The position numbers and the translations under genes were made by a program. DNA of 64,000 bases. Origin: a virus (lineage: Duplodnaviria > Caudoviricetes). Below the pieces are notes generated by a model, which saw only the letters and a program-made list of their open reading frames with translations, searched no databases and was not told where the DNA came from. This document shows positions 56,730-64,000 of this stretch, piece after piece (position 1 is the stretch's first letter; every line of letters starts with the position of its first letter). The stretch covers positions 32,001-96,000 of IMG/VR virus record IMGVR_UViG_3300049892_000014, one strand, 5' to 3'.

Positions 56730-56881
56730 GACCGTAACTTCAATTATCTCTTGACAACGTGTGTAATACTATATTTGTATGAAGTTAACTTTTTATCCCG
56801 AAGTCTGCCCTGCTCGTTAGCTCTACCCCATAGGGCAGGGTGGGCTGTCTTTTCAAGATAATCATTTTAAGGAGTAATAAC

Positions 56882-57052
56882 ATGGCGGATGCGTCGAAGA
56901 TTAAAGATAAAACTGGCAAAGCTGAAGGTCATGGCGACAACACTGCACCGGCTGGTATCCAGTCCCCTGCAACATATATCCCATTGTCCCCAACGCCTAG
57001 TTCTGTAAATAGCAAGACATCTGATCTTGGTCATCGTGGAGAACAGAAGTAA
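56882..57052 (+). CDS. small virion-associated protein
   Basis: AAGGAG RBS before MADASKIK. Confidence 0.5.
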   Translation: MADASKIKDKTGKAEGHGDNTAPAGIQSPATYIPLSPTPSSVNSKTSDLGHRGEQK

Positions 57053-57070
57053 TTAGAAAGGTGAGTAACT

Positions 57071-57430
57071 ATGCCAGCACCTATGAGTATGGATAGACCA
57101 CCGATGCCTCCACCAGATGTTACTGGTCAGATGGGTATGCCCCCAACACAGCCAGCGAATGAACCTGGTCTAGCGTCGATGATGCCCCAAGGGGGAGATC
57201 AGCAAGCTGTGAACCCTAACGGGGAACTGATGGCTCAGACAGAAGCTATTAAACGAGTGTTAGAGCAGATCGTAAGACTTAACCCTATTATGGCACCCTT
57301 CGCACAGAAGTGTATAACCATATTAGATAGCGGTCTATCTGCTGTTTCTCAATCACCCGCCACTACGGATAACCCTGGTGGTGGTATTCAAGCCATGTTA
57401 GCGGCTAAACAACCGCCTCCAATGGCATAA
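57071..57430 (+). CDS. Pro/Met/Gln-rich head assembly protein
   Basis: Composition and position. Confidence 0.6.
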   Translation: MPAPMSMDRPPMPPPDVTGQMGMPPTQPANEPGLASMMPQGGDQQAVNPNGELMAQTEAIKRVLEQIVRLNPIMAPFAQKCITILDSGLSAVSQSPATTDNPGGGIQAMLAAKQPPPMA

Positions 57431-57496
57431 CCGAGCCGAGCCTGTGTAACGAATAGTAGGTACTTTTCGTGACAGGAAGCTCAATAAGAGGTATAT

Positions 57497-58366
57497 ATGG
57501 CTTTATCAGCGGAACTTGAAGCCTTGTTGTCGAAGATTAACGACGACACGGTTAGAGAAGCTACACGTAAACAGTTGGTTGAAAATCATGAAAACGGTCT
57601 TCGCCAGTCTGATTACTCGAAGAAACAAAATGAGTTGAAGTTAGAGCGAGAGAAAATGCAGACCGAATGGAAGGGTCATTTGGACTGGTACAACACAGCG
57701 AAGACTACTTACGAGCAAGCTATTGAAGAACAGCGATTGCTTGAAGAGAAGGTCCAGTCGCTTGAAGCGAAAAAGGAATCGTCCTCAACACTTGTTGACG
57801 AGTTAGAGATTGGTAAACAACTAAAGATCGCACAAGAGCGAGCGGAAAAGGCTAGCCAAGTATCTGATAAATTGTTTAATCAAGTCTCTGAAATCGACAA
57901 GATGATTAAGGATGGTCAGTTGATTACCGCTGATAAGTTTGAAGCGGCAGTCAATCGCAAGGCCGATGGTTTGGCTAACGCCATTCTCGACGTATGGGAA
58001 AAACAGCAATCTTACAAATCGGAATTTGGTAAAGATTTGCCAAGACAGACGTTGATTGATGAAGCGGCGAAACATAATGGGAATATTGAATTAGCGTATG
58101 AAGCTCTTACTAAAGTTGACCGTGACGACAAGCTGAAGAAGACTATCGAAGCTGAATTCGAGAAGAAGTATCAAGATCGAATTCGACAAGCAGGACTACC
58201 GATAGACGACGGCGGCGGCGGCGGCGCATTTGAGGGTTTAGGCGCATTGCAGCGTAAGGCGCTAGGTGGTAAGGACTCAGAGATACCGGAAGATATTCCG
58301 GCTGATGGCTCCGGAAGACTTAGTTATCTTATCGGCAAAGAGTTAGCAAGCGAGGGTAAGGGTTAA
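57497..58366 (+). CDS. capsid scaffolding protein
   Basis: LRQSDYSKK motif, coiled coil, directly upstream of the MCP. Confidence 0.8.
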   Translation: MALSAELEALLSKINDDTVREATRKQLVENHENGLRQSDYSKKQNELKLEREKMQTEWKGHLDWYNTAKTTYEQAIEEQRLLEEKVQSLEAKKESSSTLVDELEIGKQLKIAQERAEKASQVSDKLFNQVSEIDKMIKDGQLITADKFEAAVNRKADGLANAILDVWEKQQSYKSEFGKDLPRQTLIDEAAKHNGNIELAYEALTKVDRDDKLKKTIEAEFEKKYQDRIRQAGLPIDDGGGGGAFEGLGALQRKALGGKDSEIPEDIPADGSGRLSYLIGKELASEGKG

Positions 58367-58611
58367 TCCTTATCTCTATCAAGGCTTACCGCTGAGCCAG
58401 CCTGGCGAATCAGCGGTTTTCGTCTACACGTAGACGAATGTAGCACTCTATGTAGCGGCGACCAGAGCCGATATGGGAAGTCCTGAGAGACCGAGCCTAT
58501 AATATCGGAAGGTGACAGAGCGAAGCTGAGTGTAGATTGAGCATTTATAGTCAATCCGCATCATGCGGAGATCTTAACCTTTTAATTTTATATATCTATG
58601 GAGATATTTTT

Positions 58612-59595
58612 ATGGCTTTAACATGGACTGATATTGATGGCAAAGTAAATAAGCACATCGTCCCACGGCTGGTTGATAATGTGTACAAATCCTCGCCGGT
58701 TCTTACCCGCTTGCGCACACGGAACGCAGAACGTTTCGATGGTGGTTTGTCTATTCGGCATCCCATAGTGTACGCCAAGCTGACTGGTGGAGCATTCACC
58801 AAGGGCGGAAGTTTTAATATTGACAAAGTGCAGACAGACACTGCGCTGGAGATCGTTCCGAAGTATTACTATGTTAATATTTCCCTGTACGGTCCTGATA
58901 ACGTTCTGGCACGTGGACCAGAGGCTGCGATGTCCTACGTCGAAAGCAAGATGTTTAATGCTTCCGGTAAAATGGCGGACATGCTCGGAACAGATTTGTT
59001 CCTTGATGGTGGGCTTAGCTCTTTATCTACATCTACCACTTCGCAGTTGGACGGCTTCCAGGTAGCTCTGGACAATGGTACCCTGGCTGCTGCTTACGCC
59101 GGTATTACCCGTGCAGACCTTGGCGTTGCCAACGGAACAAACAATGCTGGAATCAATGGCTACGTGAACTCAGCAATGACCACGTTCTCCATGGGAACAT
59201 TCCAGGCTGGGTACGGCGGATCTTGGTTCGGTAACGAACATGTAGACCTGATCGTCACCACACAGGCTATTTGGGACATTATCTGGAGCAAACTCCAACC
59301 GCAGCAACGCTTCATGGAGATGGATAATGATCTGGGCAAAGTCGGCTTCCAGACACTTCGGTGGAACGGTGCGTCGATTGTAGTTGACCAGCTCTGTCCG
59401 GCAGGCTACATCTTTGGTTTAAACACCAAGTACATCCTGTTCTACATTTCCACAGTGCCGAAGTATCAGTTCGGCTTCACCGGATTCAAAGAAGTTCAGA
59501 ACTCCGATGACGTTGCCGGTCAGTACCTGTTCGCAGGGAACATGCTGGTAACAGCTCCTCGTCTCTTCTTCACGTTCTACAACGTGGCTGCTTAA
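58612..59595 (+). CDS. major capsid protein
   Basis: GGAG RBS; MALTWTDI...LVDNVYKSSPVL, QPQQRF, GFQTL; biased codon usage; followed by a terminator. Confidence 0.88.
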   Translation: MALTWTDIDGKVNKHIVPRLVDNVYKSSPVLTRLRTRNAERFDGGLSIRHPIVYAKLTGGAFTKGGSFNIDKVQTDTALEIVPKYYYVNISLYGPDNVLARGPEAAMSYVESKMFNASGKMADMLGTDLFLDGGLSSLSTSTTSQLDGFQVALDNGTLAAAYAGITRADLGVANGTNNAGINGYVNSAMTTFSMGTFQAGYGGSWFGNEHVDLIVTTQAIWDIIWSKLQPQQRFMEMDNDLGKVGFQTLRWNGASIVVDQLCPAGYIFGLNTKYILFYISTVPKYQFGFTGFKEVQNSDDVAGQYLFAGNMLVTAPRLFFTFYNVAA

Positions 59596-59607
59596 TATAA
59601 CTGAATT

Positions 59608-59632
59608 AGGGGAGTGAATAACTCCCCTTTTT
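59608..59632 (+). terminator. Rho-independent terminator
   Basis: AGGGGAGT-gaata-ACTCCCCT-TTTT. Confidence 0.8.
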
Positions 59633-59659
59633 CTAATACTTAATTGGAGGCGAAGGAAT

Positions 59660-60181
59660 ATGGGAAGTTTAAATTATACAGGCACTCTTCAGATTGTAGA
59701 CGTGGACCCACGTGGTATCTCGTTTCAGTCTGACTCAGTTGCTAAAAATCCAGTTGGGTGTATCACACGATTAAACGGTAACCTCTACCGCTACGTTCTA
59801 CTTACCACAGGAATTGGCCCAGTTGCAACAGTCGCTGGCGCTCCTTGCTACCTGGAGGAAGTGAACCCTGCCACTAACGTTTTCACAGTTAATTCAGACT
59901 ATTCTGATAGTCTCAAGGTATTTGCGGGAGTATTACTAAAAGCCGCTATTACTACTGGTACGTATACGTGGATTCAGGTCGGCGGAGTGATTGAGTCCGT
60001 AGTCAATGATGACACCACAGTTAAAGGCGATAGAGTACAAGCTAAAGCAGATGCTACCTTCACTAAGGTTAGCCAAGGTGCCGACGCTGGGTATTCTACA
60101 TGGGGCGTTTTGCTCGAAGATCGAAGTGCTACCACTGCTGGAAAAGCAAAGACATTGCTCTTTCCTAAGATGGTTTGGTAA
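59660..60181 (+). CDS. capsid decoration/cement-like protein (paralog A1)
   Basis: NPVGCITR..GNLYRYV...YTWIQVGG. Confidence 0.7.
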   Translation: MGSLNYTGTLQIVDVDPRGISFQSDSVAKNPVGCITRLNGNLYRYVLLTTGIGPVATVAGAPCYLEEVNPATNVFTVNSDYSDSLKVFAGVLLKAAITTGTYTWIQVGGVIESVVNDDTTVKGDRVQAKADATFTKVSQGADAGYSTWGVLLEDRSATTAGKAKTLLFPKMVW

Positions 60182-60192
60182 GGAGGAGATAA

Positions 60193-60747
60193 ATGACTTT
60201 ACCTACAAATCAACCTAATGAATATAGCGGCACAGTCCAGGGAGTTTCTTTAACTGGTCGTGCGGTTGGCGGTGCTATTGATCTTAGCCTGCAAATGGAC
60301 ACAACTCCGCAAAATCCGGTTGGCTGTGTCACACGATATGATGGTAATCTGTATCGTTACGTATATCTGGCATCTGGGACTACGGTCAAAGGTGCGCCCG
60401 CTTATTGGGTTACAGCTTATACTCGTCCAGATCTTGGGCTGTATAGCGTATCCGCTACAAACGGAGCGTCTGCTGCGGACAACTGTTTCGCTGGACGATT
60501 CCTAGCAGCTAGTATAACCGTGGCTAGGTATATCTGGATTCAGGTATCCGGCGCAAGCTCGTATGTTAAAGTTGACGATGGTGCGGCTGTAGGCGAACGC
60601 CTAGTGGCTTCTTCCTCTGATACATTTACACATGTCAACGATACTGTTAGCGGACCAAATCTGGCTGTCGGCGTTGTTACTGAAGCTGAAGGCGGGACTA
60701 CAAGTGGTATTTGTTCGGCCATTATCTTTGGGCCATTCGGGTTCTAA
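60193..60747 (+). CDS. capsid decoration/cement-like protein (paralog A2)
   Basis: NPVGCVTR..GNLYRYV...YIWIQVSG. Confidence 0.7.
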   Translation: MTLPTNQPNEYSGTVQGVSLTGRAVGGAIDLSLQMDTTPQNPVGCVTRYDGNLYRYVYLASGTTVKGAPAYWVTAYTRPDLGLYSVSATNGASAADNCFAGRFLAASITVARYIWIQVSGASSYVKVDDGAAVGERLVASSSDTFTHVNDTVSGPNLAVGVVTEAEGGTTSGICSAIIFGPFGF

Positions 60748-60759
60748 TAGGAGAGAAAT

Positions 60760-61314
60760 ATGACAACAACTGATACTAATATTTTGAATCATAGCGGAGA
60801 ACTTCACGGCGTTTACATTGGTCGTAATACGTCTGGAGACAAAGATATCACCGCACAGCAAGATTCTACTCCAAAGAATCCACTCGGTTGCGTTACAAGG
60901 TTTGCCGGTAATCTTTACCGATATGTATACTTTGTTTCCGGAACAACTGTTGCTGGCGCTCCTGCTTATTGGCAGGCACTTAATCCACTATCTACTAGCT
61001 CAACAGCTAGCTTTGCTGTTACTCAGGCAGCTGCGTCTGCGATTGACGGTAAGGGCAACAACGTGGTTGCCGGTGTATTCCTGGCGGCTGCGATTACAGC
61101 TGCTCGGTATATCTGGGTTCAGGTTGGTGGAGTTTACTCCGCCGCACGAGTTGGCGCTTCCACTGCGATGGGAGATCTTCAATTCGGTGGATCTAATGAT
61201 ATATTTGTTCGCATTGCTCAAGGTCAGCCTGTAACAGATGAACCATTCGGTATTGCGTTAGCGGGAATCTCGTCTAATGTCGCCGCTATGGAAATCATAA
61301 ACTGTAACTGGTAA
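60760..61314 (+). CDS. capsid decoration/cement-like protein (paralog A3)
   Basis: NPLGCVTR..GNLYRYV...YIWVQVGG. Confidence 0.7.
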   Translation: MTTTDTNILNHSGELHGVYIGRNTSGDKDITAQQDSTPKNPLGCVTRFAGNLYRYVYFVSGTTVAGAPAYWQALNPLSTSSTASFAVTQAAASAIDGKGNNVVAGVFLAAAITAARYIWVQVGGVYSAARVGASTAMGDLQFGGSNDIFVRIAQGQPVTDEPFGIALAGISSNVAAMEIINCNW

Positions 61315-61331
61315 TTAACTAGGAGAACGCT

Positions 61332-61868
61332 ATGTCTGTAACGATTAGCAATAAGATTTTTTCTACCTTCGGCAGTAAGAACTTTCTCAAGTTCGATCTC
61401 GTCGTTGGCGCATATGTAACAGATGGCGTCTCTCTAGCTCCTGCGGATTTGGGATGGGGGTCTATCGACCTCCTTCTCGCTGAACGTAAAGGCGGAGTGT
61501 TGTACTGTTATGACTATACCAATAAAAAGATTAAGGTATACAGGCAGTATGTGGCTACCGCTGGGGCATTGAGCAAGCCAGCTATTGATACAACTGATGG
61601 CACCATTCTTATCACTGGAGGAGAATCTGGCGCATCTGTAGTTCAATTATACGTAGAGCCTGACTCTAACTCTGGTAAGTTGGCTCTAGATACAGTGACT
61701 GGTCCATTAACAATTCCAGCCGCCACGTTTGGTATTACTCCGGTGTCTATGGTCTTAGCGGCAGCTATTACTTTTACCGGTGACGCCAATGCAGCCAGGG
61801 CTTTCGCTGAAGTCGTAAACGCAACAGCACTAACTGATACGGTTCGCTGTATCGCAATAGGGGTATAA
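61332..61868 (+). CDS. virion structural protein (paralog B1)
   Basis: FG.K...FD...GAY..G.SL.P.D.G, YDY...K.K, EV...AIG. Confidence 0.65.
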   Translation: MSVTISNKIFSTFGSKNFLKFDLVVGAYVTDGVSLAPADLGWGSIDLLLAERKGGVLYCYDYTNKKIKVYRQYVATAGALSKPAIDTTDGTILITGGESGASVVQLYVEPDSNSGKLALDTVTGPLTIPAATFGITPVSMVLAAAITFTGDANAARAFAEVVNATALTDTVRCIAIGV

Positions 61869-61871
61869 TAC

Positions 61872-62393
61872 ATGTCAATTACAATTACCAATCTTCAGGA
61901 AAATGTATTCGGAGATAAGAGAATAGCAATCTTTGACATAGCCCTTGGAGTTTATGCATCAGGTGGTCTATCTCTAGTCCCAGCGGACGTTGGGTTGAGA
62001 AAGTTTGATCTAGTGCTTATATCTCCTACTGGTGGATATTCATACACATATAACACGTCTACTAGTAAGGTTATGGCCTTAAGGTCTCCTGCGCAAACTT
62101 CTACTGGAGTTATTTCTGGGCCAATCACAGTTGCCATGAGCGGAGTAACACTTACTGGTCCTCATACTACTGGGGCTATTCTTAAGTTAAACTCTGATAC
62201 TGCTACCGGTGCATTGAGTAAAACAGAAGCAACGTCCAGATCCATCGCACCAGCAACCTTTGGAATACCGGTGCCAACAGCAACTATCTCCCCAGTATTT
62301 GTGGGCGGGACTTCTACTACTGCTGTTATGCCAGAAGTAACGGGTACACCGACTCTGTCAGCAACCGCTAGGGTTATGGTTATAGGAGACTAA
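61872..62393 (+). CDS. virion structural protein (paralog B2)
   Basis: Same motifs as B1. Confidence 0.65.
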   Translation: MSITITNLQENVFGDKRIAIFDIALGVYASGGLSLVPADVGLRKFDLVLISPTGGYSYTYNTSTSKVMALRSPAQTSTGVISGPITVAMSGVTLTGPHTTGAILKLNSDTATGALSKTEATSRSIAPATFGIPVPTATISPVFVGGTSTTAVMPEVTGTPTLSATARVMVIGD

Positions 62394-62394
62394 T

Positions 62395-62934
62395 ATGACA
62401 GCAACAGTTTCAAATCGTAAAGAGACAGCATTCGGAACAAAACGAATTGTTGAATTTGACGTCGCTCTTGGTGCGTACACAGGTGGTGGTACTGGGGTAT
62501 CTTTAGACCCAACCGCTTTTGGTATGCGCAATGTAGATATCGTGATTATAGAACCTGGTACGGATGGGTATATTTACGAATATGATTATGTAAATAAATC
62601 CATGAAAGCATATATGGCCGGTGGGGTTGCATTTTCTGCAACTGTATCTGCGCCAGCTATTGCCGTAACTGGAGCTGTCCATACAGTAGTCGGCGGCATT
62701 GGGGCTGGTACTGGACCGCTACTCAGCTTGACAAATGGAACAGTTTCTGGTAAACTATCCAAATCAGAAGCTACAAATAGACTTATTCCATTGGCGGCAT
62801 TTGGTCTAGGTGCTTCGTCTGGAGCGTTGGCAACATCTCCAACGTTTGGGGCGGCAACAGCTCAGGCATCTCTGGCGGAAGTTGCTTCTGCTACATTGTC
62901 CACAGCTGTGCATTGTCTAGCAATCGGTGACTAA
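62395..62934 (+). CDS. virion structural protein (paralog B3)
   Basis: Same motifs as B1. Confidence 0.65.
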   Translation: MTATVSNRKETAFGTKRIVEFDVALGAYTGGGTGVSLDPTAFGMRNVDIVIIEPGTDGYIYEYDYVNKSMKAYMAGGVAFSATVSAPAIAVTGAVHTVVGGIGAGTGPLLSLTNGTVSGKLSKSEATNRLIPLAAFGLGASSGALATSPTFGAATAQASLAEVASATLSTAVHCLAIGD

Positions 62935-62990
62935 ACCTTGAATGGGGGGCTAACAATAAAGAAGTCTCCTTATAATTAATGGAGTCTTAT

Positions 62991-64000
62991 ATGACTTATA
63001 GTGGGCCAGCCCAGCCATACTCTAGCAATGTTCAAGAGAATTACCGACATATGCAGGAACATGTTAGACAATGGAATCCTAATTTTCCGCAACCTCTGAT
63101 CGAAAGATCTATCAATACTAGATTACGCATGATACAGGACCGCCGCATGTGGGGCGGTCTTCTTGTGCGTGGTCAGATCTCCACACCAGCAATCTATTCA
63201 ACCGGCGCAATTCAGGTTGTTAATGGGTCTGCTACTGTTACAGGCACCGGAACAGCCTGGCCAGTATCTGATCATGTAGATACAACTCTGTCTGACGCTA
63301 TTACAGATACTGGAATCTTGCAAGATATTACTCCGGCGAGCATGACTAACATCAACGCTGGAGACTGGGTGCTAGTCGACGGTGGCCTTGGCACCCAAGA
63401 GATTATACTCGTTGTAAGTACTACTGCAACTACTTTCAGGGCTAATCCTTCTACTGCTCATTCTGCTGGGGCTACTGTAACTAAGAGTTCCTTTGTGCGT
63501 AGACAGTTTAGGGAAACCTCTGGCAAGGGGCAATATTATAATATTATGGCAGTAGTTGATGATTCAACTTTGATATTAGATTTAACATTCGGCGGAGCAT
63601 CTCTAACTTCAACTAGCTATAAAATACTACAAGCTTATTGGAGTATGGAGCCAGACCTAAGAATGATATGGTCTATAGTGAATCATCAAAATGGCTGGAG
63701 GATTAAGTTTAATTTACCAGCTGAAGCTTTAAATAACTATGATGTATGGAGAACTGCTACTGGATTTACTACAAAGATGGTAGACTATGTACCTGATGAA
63801 ATCGGGCGATTCAGGTATGAATTCTATCCACCGCCTACTACTGCTCAATCTTTTCCTTATCTCGCATATCGCACAGTTCGTGATATGATTGATGATGAGG
63901 ATACTCCTCCTCCAGGTATACCAAGTCATTGTATCGTTCATGGTGCAATAGCTGATGCCTTAAGGTGGGGAAGGCGTGATAGTGATTATTACGATCCTAA
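62991..64000 (+). CDS. head-tail adaptor-like virion protein with an inserted beta-rich domain (3' truncated)
   Basis: GGAG RBS; frame open to the window end: MTYSGPAQ...YSTGAIQVVNGSATVTGTGTAW...EFYPPP...IVHGAIADAL. Confidence 0.7.
   Translation, partial: MTYSGPAQPYSSNVQENYRHMQEHVRQWNPNFPQPLIERSINTRLRMIQDRRMWGGLLVRGQISTPAIYSTGAIQVVNGSATVTGTGTAWPVSDHVDTTLSDAITDTGILQDITPASMTNINAGDWVLVDGGLGTQEIILVVSTTATTFRANPSTAHSAGATVTKSSFVRRQFRETSGKGQYYNIMAVVDDSTLILDLTFGGASLTSTSYKILQAYWSMEPDLRMIWSIVNHQNGWRIKFNLPAEALNNYDVWRTATGFTTKMVDYVPDEIGRFRYEFYPPPTTAQSFPYLAYRTVRDMIDDEDTPPPGIPSHCIVHGAIADALRWGRRDSDYYDP

Noticed and set aside
59660-62934. Diversity-generating retroelement targets
   Set aside because: The paralogs differ throughout rather than only at adenines, and no reverse transcriptase is seen.
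476-63941. Many antisense or alternative-frame ORFs in the track (e.g. 1640..2062, 31374..31937, 31950..32390, 35469..35957, 60818..61234)
   Set aside because: They overlap well-supported genes and lack an RBS or recognisable motifs.
1-64000. Stop-codon reassignment (alternative genetic code)
   Set aside because: Conserved genes are full length in code 11 and end in TAA, TAG and TGA. No suppressor-anticodon tRNA is present.

Overview
This window is a fragment of a large tailed dsDNA bacteriophage genome (standard genetic code, host sigma70-type promoters). It has four blocks. (1) 1-10.3 kb, mostly + strand, replication/recombination: SbcC/Rad50-like ATPase (5' truncated), SSB, HNH, DnaC-like loader, DnaB C-terminal helicase, Holliday junction resolvase and a macrodomain. 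An embedded minus-strand block carries tRNA-Thr, a stand-alone NrdJ TSCPD domain and an initiator N-terminal-like protein. (2) 10.4-33 kb, a long minus-strand early/accessory operon: PNK, SNF2 helicase, tyrosine recombinase, radical SAM, MoxR plus VWA peptidase, primase, DUF932, NADAR and many small proteins, punctuated by nine conserved RNA hairpins placed just upstream of ribosome-binding sites. (3) 33-35 kb, a largely non-coding, structured divergence region. (4) 35-64 kb, + strand: AAA ATPase, tRNA cluster, GGQ release-factor homologue, two RNA ligases, nucleotide-pool enzymes, terminase, bacterioferritin, ThyX, portal, scaffold, major capsid and two triplets of paralogous virion proteins. 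The most novel observations are: an 83-nt 'tagless' mini-tmRNA beside a stand-alone GGQ factor and tRNA-repair enzymes; a conserved C-terminal helical tag on at least 12 otherwise unrelated small proteins clustered next to two AAA+ ATPases; a promoter-driven tRNA-like pseudoknotted ncRNA at 18.5 kb; the covarying RBS-adjacent hairpin family; and a ~1.1 kb structured non-coding segment. All assignments come from reading motifs by eye; no database searches were run.
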